A stretch of DNA of 58,206 bases from an uncultured Lachnospiraceae bacterium. GTDB lineage: Bacteria; Bacillota; Clostridia; Lachnospirales; Lachnospiraceae. The stretch spans positions 1 to 58,206 of the forward strand of contig CANAZK010000001.1 in the NCBI GenBank assembly GCA_947366105.1. Direction: 5' to 3'. Both the position numbers and the translations under genes were made by a program. Below the pieces are notes generated by a model, which did no database searches, had not been told where the DNA came from, and was given only the letters and a program-made list of their open reading frames with translations. Each line of letters begins with the position of its first letter. Position 1 is the stretch's first letter. Below are positions 10,497 to 19,487 of the stretch, one piece after another.

Positions 10497-10841
10497 TTAC
10501 CTCCCTTTTTTTCTGAAATTCCCCATTTTTTCTATCATCTCTTTAAAACTCTTCGCATTAACTTGAGTCCCGTCCGTATTCGAGGAAAGCATCAGCAGGT
10601 CTTTCTCCTGCAGTTCTGACAACAGATTAATCTGTCCGGCAGTGATGCCGACGAGTAAATATCGTTCCCCTACTTGCACGATTGCTATATATCTGTCCTG
10701 CCCGATCATAATTTGATCAACCACACGCATATAACTCGACAAGCTTCGCTTATTCATCCCTTTACCGATATATTTAGTACACACATAACTGAAATAAATA
10801 ATCAGAGCCGCAAAGATAAAGGTAATAATTACTCTCCACAT
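10497..10841 (-). CDS. fliO: Flagellar protein FliO/FliZ
   Basis: Single N-terminal TM helix then IVQVGERYLLVG.T..QI.LL.EL; immediately upstream of fliP. Confidence 0.88.
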   Translation of the reverse strand: MWRVIITFIFAALIIYFSYVCTKYIGKGMNKRSLSSYMRVVDQIMIGQDRYIAIVQVGERYLLVGITAGQINLLSELQEKDLLMLSSNTDGTQVNAKSFKEMIEKMGNFRKKGR

Positions 10842-10853
10842 ACTATTCCTTTC

Positions 10854-12161
10854 TTATTCAAGCGTATTAAAACTTGCTTTCAAAATTTCAGTAATTCTGA
10901 TACCGAAATTATCTTCAACTACTACCACGTCACCCTTTGCTATACACTGCCCATTTACAAATAAATCTACCTGTTCTCCTGCAAGCTTATCAAGTACCAC
11001 CAACGAACCTTTCGTAAAATCAAGAATATCTTTTACATATCTCTTTGTTCTTCCGATTTCCACCGAAACTTCTAACGGCACTCCCATAATCAGTTCCATA
11101 TTCTCTTCCTGCTCTCCGGCAAGAACAATATCTTTATCCTGATTCAAGTTAGTGTGCGGAGCTGTCTGAACATTAATTTTCTTCGGCTCAGGCGCTTTTT
11201 TTCTTTCTTCCATCTGCATCTGCATCTGCTGCATCTGCTGCATCATCTGCTGCATCATCTGCATCTGCATCATAGAAACATCTGCGTTTACAGCAGGCTG
11301 TACCGGAGCGCTTACACTCATAACAGGCTGCGCCATTACCGCAGGCGCCGGCTCTGCTGGAACTGGCTGCACTGGCTGCGGCGCTGCCGCAGGTATCGGT
11401 TGAGGCTGTGCAGCCTGTACCGGTTCAGACTGTGCATTCAATAATTTCTCAATCTCCTCCTGTGAAAGCATTCCTCCCGAAGACGCTGCCGCAGGCTCTT
11501 CCTTTACTTCCGGTTCTGCTGCAGAAGAAGATTCTGCTTTCTGCTCAGGCTGCGTATCTATAATTCCGTCTTCCGGCAGGAATCCTCTTACCAAGTCCTT
11601 AGCAAGCTCCATCGGCATCACATTAAAAAATTTGCTATGCAGCTTATCCGCAATCTTTAACGTAAATTCAACCATAACTTTCGGACTGTCTTCCACGAAA
11701 TATTTCTCAACAAATTCCTGCTCATTTTTTACCTCAAAGGAAACAGGTGTTGAAATATTTACCATCTTGCCTAAAAACTCGGAAAGCGCGGTGGATGACG
11801 CTCCCATCATCTGATTCATAACCTCGCAGACCGCACTGATATTAATATCATTTAATTCAAATTCTTCATCGGTCATCTCCATACCCATGAGCATCTCCAC
11901 AATGACCTTCACATCATGCCGCTTTAAAAGCATGATGTTTCTTCCTTCTAACCCGGCAATATATGTAATTTCAACTCCGACAGCAGGCTCCACCTTTTCC
12001 ATCCTAAACTCTTCTTTTGTTACGACGCTTACTACCGGGGTTGTAATGTCCACTCTGTTGTTCAACATGGTTGAAACTGCTGTAGCTGATGCCCCAAGGC
12101 TGATATTTAGTATCTCGCCTATTGCATCTATTTCCAATGTACTAAAACACTTAGAACCCAT
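10854..12161 (-). CDS. fliY: Flagellar switch phosphatase FliY (CheC-like domain + FliN domain)
   Basis: DAIGEILNI and SAVCEVMNQ phosphatase sites; C-terminal SpoA/FliN domain VPLEVSVEIG...LDKLAGE...GDVVVVEDNFGIRI. Confidence 0.93.
   Translation of the reverse strand: MGSKCFSTLEIDAIGEILNISLGASATAVSTMLNNRVDITTPVVSVVTKEEFRMEKVEPAVGVEITYIAGLEGRNIMLLKRHDVKVIVEMLMGMEMTDEEFELNDINISAVCEVMNQMMGASSTALSEFLGKMVNISTPVSFEVKNEQEFVEKYFVEDSPKVMVEFTLKIADKLHSKFFNVMPMELAKDLVRGFLPEDGIIDTQPEQKAESSSAAEPEVKEEPAAASSGGMLSQEEIEKLLNAQSEPVQAAQPQPIPAAAPQPVQPVPAEPAPAVMAQPVMSVSAPVQPAVNADVSMMQMQMMQQMMQQMQQMQMQMEERKKAPEPKKINVQTAPHTNLNQDKDIVLAGEQEENMELIMGVPLEVSVEIGRTKRYVKDILDFTKGSLVVLDKLAGEQVDLFVNGQCIAKGDVVVVEDNFGIRITEILKASFNTLE
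11211..11273 (-). repeat. 63-nt run of only ATG/CAG codons encoding MMQMQMMQQMMQQMQQMQMQM in the FliY linker
   Basis: Plus strand is 21 consecutive CAT/CTG triplets. Confidence 0.9.
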
Positions 12162-12199
12162 ACTATGCTTACTCTCCTTCTAAGGGAACTCCCTCATTT

Positions 12200-12643
12200 C
12201 TATTTTCCAATTTCTAATGCCTTCTGCGCCATCAACTTCATTGCATTAAAAGCCGTGATATTAGCTTCATAGGCTCTTGTTGCCGCCATTCCGTCAACGG
12301 TTTCTTTCACATAATCTACATTCGGCATCATAACATATCCTTCTTCATTCGCATCCGGATGTTCTGGATTGTAAACAGGATTTAAATCTCTCGCATCTTC
12401 AATAATCTGAGTCACCTGCACGCCGCCTTTTGATGATGTCTTTTTCTTTAAACGGCTGACGAATTCGGAGCGAAAGCTTGTAGAAGGTTTCTCTTCAAGC
12501 ACAACCATCTTACGCCTGTACGGTCCCCCATTTGCCGTTCTTGTGGTACTGATATTGGAAATATTCTCTGCCGCTATATCCAATCGCTGTCTCTGCGCCG
12601 TCATTCCTGACGCACTAATATCAAATGAACTCAAAAAAGCCAT
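12200..12643 (-). CDS. flgC: Flagellar basal-body rod protein FlgC (displaced from flgB)
   Basis: ISASGMTAQRQRLD..AENISN..TTRT..GGPYRRK; YNPEHPDA..GYVMMPNV; RAYEAN. Confidence 0.96.
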   Translation of the reverse strand: MAFLSSFDISASGMTAQRQRLDIAAENISNISTTRTANGGPYRRKMVVLEEKPSTSFRSEFVSRLKKKTSSKGGVQVTQIIEDARDLNPVYNPEHPDANEEGYVMMPNVDYVKETVDGMAATRAYEANITAFNAMKLMAQKALEIGK

Positions 12644-12659
12644 ATGCTTCCTCCTTTAA

Positions 12660-13019
12660 CTAACCAAGGATTTTCTTAACCGTTGATAGGATACGATCCG
12701 CTTTGAACGGTTTTACAATAAAATCACGTGCTCCCGATTTAATAGATTCCATAACCATAGTCTCCTGTCCCATCGCTGAACACATAACAATTGTTGCGTT
12801 CGGATCAGAAGCCTTTAACTCTTTCAATGTCTCCAGCCCGTCCTTGTTCGGCATTGTAATGTCCATGAATACAAGATCAGGCTTTTCAGCATTGTACACT
12901 TCAATTGCCTGTACCCCGTCACCAGCCTCGCATAAATCAGTGTAGCCAGCCTGTGTTAAAGTGTTTTTTAACATCATCCTCATAAATTCCGCATCATCTA
13001 CTAATAAAATTTTTGCCAT
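12660..13019 (-). CDS. cheY: Chemotaxis response regulator CheY
   Basis: Stand-alone Firmicute-type receiver: LVDDA.FMRMML, MDITMP, MCSAMGQ, DFIVKPF. Confidence 0.93.
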   Translation of the reverse strand: MAKILLVDDAEFMRMMLKNTLTQAGYTDLCEAGDGVQAIEVYNAEKPDLVFMDITMPNKDGLETLKELKASDPNATIVMCSAMGQETMVMESIKSGARDFIVKPFKADRILSTVKKILG

Positions 13020-13091
13020 ATCTTTTTACCTCGCTTTTTATTCTTAATTAGTTTTTATATACGCAGAACGCCTCTCTTGCCGTTCTGGTAA

Positions 13092-14111
13092 TTATACCGC
13101 CACATCTCTTTTTACTTCTTCTACACGATCTTCAATCTTAACCGCAATATTTTTATTATGTACGCCAAGCTGTCCTATAAACCACGGCTGTCCCTCTATA
13201 TGCAGTGATACCTGTGAATCCTGCGGCTTATTCAAGTCAATCACATCTCCTACATGAAGATTGTAAATGTCATCCAAATTCATCTTTGCAACACCCAGCT
13301 GTGCCATAACATCCATTTTGGACTCTTTAATGCTCTCAAACAGATCTTCTCTGTTGCTTCTCTGTGCCTGTCCATCGACTCTGTCTGACAAATGCTTCGT
13401 CTTCTCAATAATATCAAAGATATTGAATAAAAGAGTCCCTGGAATACAGATGTTCATCATTCCCTGAATTTCTCCAATCTGTATCTGAAGCATGATAATT
13501 ACAACAGTCTCATCCACGGTAATTCCCTGAAACATACTCGGGTTCTCTTCTATTCGCTCAAAATTTGTTTTAAATTTGATATAAGTCGCCCATACATCCG
13601 AGGTAAGCCCAACCAAACGGCCGATAATTTTCTCGTACAAAGCAAGCTCTATATCCGTATATGTATAGGACATGTCTACCGAAAAATCTGTTCCCGTACC
13701 GCCAAGCATTCGGTCGATCATTGCACCCATCAGTGTCGGGGCAATATGAAACAGCATCGGTGGGTTCTTTGAATGATCCTGAAGCTCCACTTTTGCCAAA
13801 GTGATAACGTCCGTCTCATTCAAAGCATTTCCAAATTCATAGTACCGCTGTTCCTCCACGCCCACTACTTCCATTTCGCTTGCTACTCTGAACAATCCGT
13901 TTATCTGCGCTGCAGCAACCCTTGAGTAGTTGTCATAAATACTTCTCAACATTTTCAGTTTTTCTTTTGTATACTTCTTCGGGCTGTAAAAATCATATTT
14001 CCTATAATTCTGTTCGGCCTGCTTTGGTTCCTCAGACGCACTTTTTGCATTCCCGTTCTGCATGGAATTCAGCAATGCATCTATCTGGCTCTGGGATAAT
14101 ACTTCTGCCAT
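13092..14111 (-). CDS. fliM: Flagellar motor switch protein FliM
   Basis: N-terminal LSQSQIDALL, YDF..P, MLGG.G, C-terminal SpoA domain. Confidence 0.96.
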   Translation of the reverse strand: MAEVLSQSQIDALLNSMQNGNAKSASEEPKQAEQNYRKYDFYSPKKYTKEKLKMLRSIYDNYSRVAAAQINGLFRVASEMEVVGVEEQRYYEFGNALNETDVITLAKVELQDHSKNPPMLFHIAPTLMGAMIDRMLGGTGTDFSVDMSYTYTDIELALYEKIIGRLVGLTSDVWATYIKFKTNFERIEENPSMFQGITVDETVVIIMLQIQIGEIQGMMNICIPGTLLFNIFDIIEKTKHLSDRVDGQAQRSNREDLFESIKESKMDVMAQLGVAKMNLDDIYNLHVGDVIDLNKPQDSQVSLHIEGQPWFIGQLGVHNKNIAVKIEDRVEEVKRDVAV

Positions 14112-14141
14112 TTTAAACTCCTGCCTTTACTTGTTTTTACT

Positions 14142-14885
14142 TTACTTGTTCATCTCCTGGTAATATTCGTCCAGTCTGTGCTCTACCGAGTCCGTCTTCG
14201 TAATTAAAAGTTCTACTCTTCTGTTTTTAGCCCTGTTTTCCGGTGTGTCAAACGGCGCTATCGGCCGATACTGTCCGTATCCGGCTGAAGACAGCTTTTC
14301 AGGAGCGATCATTCCTTTCTCCTGAATATACGCCACAACTCTCGCTGCTCTGGCTGACGCCAGCATACGATCCGGCTCAGCCTCATTCGGATAATCCGGA
14401 CTCGCCTGAGAAGTATGACCCAAAACCCTAATCTCCTGAATAACATCAGCGCTTCCTGACAATACGGATGCAAACTGCTCTAAAATCGCCGTTCCCTCCT
14501 GTTTCAGAACAGAACTGTCCCCGTCAAAAAATATGCTGTCCCGGAATGTTACAAATGTAAAGCCGTCTCCCTGATACAATTCAACCTGCGCCTCAAGTCC
14601 GGCCTCCTTTACAGCCTCTTTCAGCTTATCGTAAAGTTCATCAAATGCATCCTCTCCAAGCGACCCCGGCACATCATCTTCACCCTCGGATACATCGTCA
14701 TTTACAATCTGGCTAACCTTCTCGGCATCCGGGTTAAAACTCTTTACCAGCATCTCCCATTTCGCCTGGTCTACAGAAGAAATCGAGTATAACAGTACGA
14801 AAAAGCAAAGAAGCAACGTTACCATATCTCCATATGTATCCATCCAGTTTGCGCCGGATTCCGCTGATTTTCCTCTTTTCTTCAT
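14142..14885 (-). CDS. motB: Stator B subunit (MotB family, PomB/MotS-like TM helix)
   Basis: WMDTYGDMVTLLLCFFVLLYS TM segment; OmpA-like domain GHT...LASARA...GYGQYRP...NRRVEL. Confidence 0.94.
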   Translation of the reverse strand: MKKRGKSAESGANWMDTYGDMVTLLLCFFVLLYSISSVDQAKWEMLVKSFNPDAEKVSQIVNDDVSEGEDDVPGSLGEDAFDELYDKLKEAVKEAGLEAQVELYQGDGFTFVTFRDSIFFDGDSSVLKQEGTAILEQFASVLSGSADVIQEIRVLGHTSQASPDYPNEAEPDRMLASARAARVVAYIQEKGMIAPEKLSSAGYGQYRPIAPFDTPENRAKNRRVELLITKTDSVEHRLDEYYQEMNK

Positions 14886-14897
14886 ATATATATCACC

Positions 14898-15731
14898 TTA
14901 CTTCTTTTTGCTCTTCTTTTCTTTTTTCGGTTTCTGATCGCCTTCTCCGCCCTCAGAGCCGGCTATCTTTTCTCTGTCTTTTTGTGCCAGGAATGTAAGC
15001 AGCTTTTCTTTCAGGAATTTCGGATTGTCTCCTGATTGAATCGCCAAAATTCCCTCAATCATAATCTGCCTGTACAGAAGCTCTTCCTCATTTCTTACAC
15101 GAAGCTTTTTCGCCAGCGGAAGAAAGAATAAGTTTGCAAGCAAACTTCCGTAAAATGTTGTTACAAGAGCCGTGGACATGGCAGGACCAAGGTCATCCGC
15201 GCCTCCCGCCTCCATATTCATCGCTTTCAGCATGTTAATCAATCCGACCAAGGTACCGACCATACCAAATGCCGGTGCATATGATGAAGCCTTTTCATAA
15301 ATAGCGGCAGACTCTTCGTGTCTCTGGCATGTGGCATCTACTTCATTCTCCAGCATAGTACGTACTTCTTCCGGCTCGGTGGCATCGACTATCAGCATGA
15401 TTCCCTGTTTAAAAAACACATCGTCAATGTCATTTGTCCTCTCCTCCAAAGCCAAAAGACCATTCTTTCTTGCCAACTGCGCCATGTCTACAAGAGTATC
15501 AATAAGTGTTCCTGTATTATAACTCTTTCCCTGAACTAAGATTTTAGCATGTTTTACTACATTCTTCAACATACTAAATGGATAACTGGCAATTACTGCC
15601 GCCAATGTTCCTCCCAGTACGATTGCTATACTCTGAGGATCCCAAAAGTTTCCGATTTTGCTTGGTCCGATACCAACAAATATAACCAGCACCAAGCCGG
15701 CAACCACACCAATAATACTTGATAAATCCAT
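14898..15731 (-). CDS. motA: Stator A subunit (MotA family, PomA/MotP-like)
   Basis: ARKNGLLALE, APAFGMVGTLVGLI, ALVTTFYG, EGILAIQSG.NP. Confidence 0.95.
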   Translation of the reverse strand: MDLSSIIGVVAGLVLVIFVGIGPSKIGNFWDPQSIAIVLGGTLAAVIASYPFSMLKNVVKHAKILVQGKSYNTGTLIDTLVDMAQLARKNGLLALEERTNDIDDVFFKQGIMLIVDATEPEEVRTMLENEVDATCQRHEESAAIYEKASSYAPAFGMVGTLVGLINMLKAMNMEAGGADDLGPAMSTALVTTFYGSLLANLFFLPLAKKLRVRNEEELLYRQIMIEGILAIQSGDNPKFLKEKLLTFLAQKDREKIAGSEGGEGDQKPKKEKKSKKK

Positions 15732-15759
15732 CCTTTCTCCTCCAAACCGTTTTTATTTG

Positions 15760-15957
15760 CTATTTATCCTTAACGTACACCTGTATTTTACCATTGTACT
15801 CGATTGTTTTCTCAATTATCTCTTCCGCGCTTTCCCTTACAATATAAAATCTCCCATTCATCATAATAACCTTAGATTCCGGAATCAGCTCTACCGCCTC
15901 TATCTGCGCACTATTCACCACAACACTTTCATCATTCAATTTTGTCAGTACTATCAT
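15760..15957 (-). CDS. flbD: Flagellar protein FlbD/SwrD family
   Basis: MI.LTKLN....VN...IE.VE..PE..I....G...IVRES..EI; AGGAGG upstream of ATG 15957 (ORF track starts at 15981). Confidence 0.88.
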   Translation of the reverse strand: MIVLTKLNDESVVVNSAQIEAVELIPESKVIMMNGRFYIVRESAEEIIEKTIEYNGKIQVYVKDK

Positions 15958-15986
15958 AACACAATCCTCCTGATTTTTCAAAGGAC

Positions 15987-16008
15987 TCCGGGATATTAAT
16001 ATCCCGGA
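15987..16008. repeat. Perfect 22-bp palindrome downstream of flgE (stem-loop)
   Basis: TCCGGGATATTAATATCCCGGA equals its own reverse complement; flanking AGGA/TCCT can extend the stem. Confidence 0.8.
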
Positions 16009-16023
16009 TATCCTCCGCTGCTT

Positions 16024-17292
16024 TTATCGTTTCATATTAACAAGCTCTTCTAACATCTGATCCGTTACTGTAATAATTTTGGAATTTGCCTGATATCCCC
16101 TCTGTGTCGTAATCATCTGCGAAAATTCATTCGCAAGGTCTACGTTCGCCATTTCCAAATAGTTACCTCTGATTTTACCTGCCGGACCTCCGTTCGGTTT
16201 GATCGCAACTGTCTGACCGGCATTAGCTCCAACGCTGTAATAATAACCGCTTGTTTTCTCAAGACCGTTTGGATTTTCTACGGTAACAAGGGCAAGCTGA
16301 CCAATTGCAATTGTACGGCTCTGATTATCAACACCCATAATCGTTCCGTCTTCGTTGATCTTATAACTCTGAATTTCATAACGATTTCCTGTATCCGGGT
16401 CATATGGAATCTGAAGTGTAGACAGCGAATCAGAGTATACTGCCGGAATTGCAGGCTCGCCTGCTTCACCTGTAGTCACCTCGGCAAATGTACCGCCTAA
16501 AGCTGAAATAGCGGCGCTTCCTGTATCCACTCCCGCGGTCTTTGCAGTAAATCTAAGATTAATCGTTCCTGCCGCCTCGTCATAACCTTCCAGGTTCTCA
16601 ATCCTATAACCGGCAAATGGACTTGGATTGCCCGGATTATTCGGATCATCATCTGCAGTTGCTTTCTTAATCCAATCGTTTATTTGGTCAACAAATTTTG
16701 TTTGATTAGTCTCATAAGTAATACCGCCAATAGAAACGGTCTTTGGGGTAGATGTATTATCAATAGTCGCCTGAAGACCTGAAAGAGTATAGACCGCCTT
16801 TGTCGCCGGTTTCTCCGGAATACCGGTTCCGTCTACCAACGCATATCCGTATACATAATTTCTTTGGTCGTCTACCAAATATCCGTTACTGTCAACACGG
16901 AAAATACCGATTCTTGAAAGGCTGAGTCCCGAAGACGCTACATCTGTAAAGCTTCCGTTTACCATTGGTCCTACAAGGAAAAATCCTGTACCGTCAATCA
17001 TACAGTCCAAGTTCTCTGCCGACGGCGCCGGAGCCCCCTGTGCGAAACTTGCGATAATAGAACCTGTCGTTACACCGTAACCAACCTGCGAAGCATTACG
17101 TCCGCCGGCTGCTCCCGCTAGGGTGCTTCCTGCAGATCCGTTAATCGAAGTAGAATACATTGAATCTAAAAAGTTAAAACTTGAAGATCTGAATCCCCAT
17201 GTATTTACGTTTGCAATATTATTACCAATTACATCCAGCTTTGACTGGTGTGTGCGGAGTCCTGCAACTCCTGCTATCATCGATCTGACCAT
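16024..17292 (-). CDS. flgE: Flagellar hook protein FlgE
   Basis: GL..HQ.KLDVIGNNIANVNT.GF; LEMANVDLA.EF..MI.TQRGYQANSKII. Confidence 0.95.
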   Translation of the reverse strand: MVRSMIAGVAGLRTHQSKLDVIGNNIANVNTWGFRSSSFNFLDSMYSTSINGSAGSTLAGAAGGRNASQVGYGVTTGSIIASFAQGAPAPSAENLDCMIDGTGFFLVGPMVNGSFTDVASSGLSLSRIGIFRVDSNGYLVDDQRNYVYGYALVDGTGIPEKPATKAVYTLSGLQATIDNTSTPKTVSIGGITYETNQTKFVDQINDWIKKATADDDPNNPGNPSPFAGYRIENLEGYDEAAGTINLRFTAKTAGVDTGSAAISALGGTFAEVTTGEAGEPAIPAVYSDSLSTLQIPYDPDTGNRYEIQSYKINEDGTIMGVDNQSRTIAIGQLALVTVENPNGLEKTSGYYYSVGANAGQTVAIKPNGGPAGKIRGNYLEMANVDLANEFSQMITTQRGYQANSKIITVTDQMLEELVNMKR

Positions 17293-17330
17293 TTTTCCTA
17301 TTTCCTTTCTTTACTTACTGTGCTGATTAT

Positions 17331-17377
17331 TGTATCCGCAAGTCATACGGATACGAAACCTCCATAAATGGTCCGGC
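17331..17377 (-). promoter_or_regulatory. Candidate structured cis-RNA in the flgE leader (two tandem hairpins)
   Basis: Minus strand GCC-GGA-CCA-TTTA-TGG-A-GGT then GTATCCGTA-TGACT-TGCGGATAC; begins at the first base after the upstream stop codon. Confidence 0.45.
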
Positions 17378-17764
17378 TTACATTAAAACAGCACTGTCAA
17401 TATTTGTAAAAATATTATCTTTCATTTCTCTTCCTGACATTGTTGTTACTACAACATTATTCGGCACGTTTACAATGAATGCTCCGTTTTCGCCGATAAT
17501 AACGACGTCGCGCGCGCCTTTTGCCTTTGCTTTTTGGACTGCGTTATTCAGATTCTGCATCAGACTCTCTGTCATTTCAATCCCCCGCTCCTGCACCCTC
17601 TGTTCTGCATGCTTGGAAAATTGAACGCTTCCCTGCCTGCTGATTTCTTTCTGCAGAAGGGCGCCAAACTGTACGCCTGGCTTCTCAGTCTGCACAGCAT
17701 GCTTAAGCTGCAGCTCTCTGGCGTTCGTAATCTGATTAATCTTATTCATTCCCATTCCCTGCAC
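17378..17764 (-). CDS. Flagellar operon protein (TIGR02530 family)
   Basis: FSKHAEQR...RGI and C-terminal NIFTNIDSAV; lies between flgD and flgE. Confidence 0.9.
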   Translation of the reverse strand: MQGMGMNKINQITNARELQLKHAVQTEKPGVQFGALLQKEISRQGSVQFSKHAEQRVQERGIEMTESLMQNLNNAVQKAKAKGARDVVIIGENGAFIVNVPNNVVVTTMSGREMKDNIFTNIDSAVLM

Positions 17765-17769
17765 CGCCT

Positions 17770-18279
17770 TTACTCGACCGTTTCACCTGTATCGCTGTCC
17801 TTGTCTGCATCGCTTTCTTTTGGCACGTCTCCTACGCTCATAATCTGTGACAAGCTGTATTTTTTACCGTCAACATATATAGATTGAGAACCTGTCAAAT
17901 CCACTCCTGTCACAACGCCTTTTGTCTCGCCGTTTACTTTTCCTGTTGCATCTAACGTGGCTACCGTTACTTCTTTTCCCAAGAGTCCGGTAGAATAACT
18001 TGTCAGCGTAACCTGTGCAAGATTATTGGTAACAACTGCAAAGTTCGCCACCGCGTTAGATACCTCCGTCATTGCATTCATCGTTGCCATCTGCGTCATC
18101 TGGCTCATCATCTCGCTGTTGCTCATCGGATTGCTCATATCCTGATACTGTAACTGCGCTGCCAAAAGCTGCCAAAAGTCATCCATAGACATATCACTGT
18201 TATTTGGTACTGCACTTGTCTGCGTTGTGAGCAGTTCATTAAACATATTACTGCTTCCGCTTACTGCATCTACTGCCAT
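17770..18279 (-). CDS. flgD: Flagellar hook capping protein FlgD
   Basis: DDFWQLLAAQLQYQD.SNPM...EMMSQM.Q; LLGKEV...G.V.GV. Confidence 0.93.
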   Translation of the reverse strand: MAVDAVSGSSNMFNELLTTQTSAVPNNSDMSMDDFWQLLAAQLQYQDMSNPMSNSEMMSQMTQMATMNAMTEVSNAVANFAVVTNNLAQVTLTSYSTGLLGKEVTVATLDATGKVNGETKGVVTGVDLTGSQSIYVDGKKYSLSQIMSVGDVPKESDADKDSDTGETVE

Positions 18280-18299
18280 TACTGTTTCCTCCTTTCTTT

Positions 18300-19430
18300 C
18301 TAATTAATTAAACCAAGTCTTAATCTCTGTAAAAACTGTGCTCCGTCACTGGTTTTCTGTTTTTTGTTTTCTTCTTTCTGACGCTCCTGCTCGGACTCTC
18401 TTCCTGAATGGTCTTCGCCATATTCGTTTTGGTAATCCGAATCCTTCTTTTCTACGTAAACTACTGTCTCGTTTCCAAGATTGCGTTCCATCATATTACC
18501 GATTTCTCTTGCATTCTGGCCAATCAGTTCTAAAGTTCTTCTTTCTGAACATGCAATTGAAACTACTGTCTGCCCAGCCTCATGAAGTACTTTAATAGCA
18601 ATTCTGCCTAGATTTGCAGGCTCAATCTGAATCTCAAACTCCTGACGTCCCTCGGATATCTTTGTAAACAGCATATCCGGCAGCTTCTGTACAATTTCCT
18701 GTGGTCTTGAAACATGCAGATGTTCTGTATGCACCACCGATTTTGTACCTGATGCAGCGCCTGTGTTCTGCACGGTATGGTTTGATACGGCCCCCGCTGC
18801 CAAGCCCTTCTCCTCCGCCTTATCATCTGCCTGATTTGATTTTACGAAAGCTGTTTCTTTCTTTCCTTCCAAACCATCGGCTTTCGGAGTCTCTTTCAAA
18901 GTTGCATACCCGGCAGACTCTTCAGATACCGGCGCCGTCTGCATCTCAGCAGTTGCAGCCTGCTCTGTTCCCACCGATTCTCCGGCTTCAAATACACCGG
19001 TCTGTGCATTCTTTTCTGTTCCTGCAACGTTTTCACCGGAAAAAGCATTTTCCTCTGCCGCTCCTGTCAAAACCTGGGCATTTTCTGCCGTCTCACCAAG
19101 AATTGCCAAAGATTCTTCTGTCATTGCGCCTGCGCTTTCTTCCGTCTGAATATTCTGTCCCATCTGAGACATCAGAAATACAGCCCCAAGAAGTTCTGCA
19201 TGAACATCGGTCTCTTCTTTATCTGTTCCGGACGGTTGTTCCTGCTCTGTCCCAAGAAGCCCTTCCTTTTCATCCCGGATTGTTTCTTTAGATTCCTCCG
19301 GTTTCTCTTTCAAAAGACTGCGAAAAGCATCTGACACATCCTTATTCTTATCTGCGGCTTTATCTGTGCCTTTGACATTTCCTATGTCGCGAAAACTGAT
19401 ATTCGGACTTTTTACGCTTAACTGCCCCAT
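18300..19430 (-). CDS. fliK: Flagellar hook-length control protein FliK
   Basis: Long acidic low-complexity N-terminal part; C-terminal IQIEPANLGRIAI domain; between fliJ and flgD. Confidence 0.9.
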   Translation of the reverse strand: MGQLSVKSPNISFRDIGNVKGTDKAADKNKDVSDAFRSLLKEKPEESKETIRDEKEGLLGTEQEQPSGTDKEETDVHAELLGAVFLMSQMGQNIQTEESAGAMTEESLAILGETAENAQVLTGAAEENAFSGENVAGTEKNAQTGVFEAGESVGTEQAATAEMQTAPVSEESAGYATLKETPKADGLEGKKETAFVKSNQADDKAEEKGLAAGAVSNHTVQNTGAASGTKSVVHTEHLHVSRPQEIVQKLPDMLFTKISEGRQEFEIQIEPANLGRIAIKVLHEAGQTVVSIACSERRTLELIGQNAREIGNMMERNLGNETVVYVEKKDSDYQNEYGEDHSGRESEQERQKEENKKQKTSDGAQFLQRLRLGLIN

Positions 19431-19487
19431 TTTCTTTATCCTCCTTTCATAATATTATATATATAGCAAACTGCTTGTGCAGTATTA

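Noticed and set aside
11154-11444. His/Leu-repeat ORF resembling a metal-binding peptide
   Set aside because: It is the antisense reading of the FliY Met/Gln tract
13064-13087. CAGAACG/CGTTCTG hairpin between fliM and cheY
   Set aside because: Only 7 bp with a 10-nt loop and no U tract on the coding strand; too weak to call a terminator
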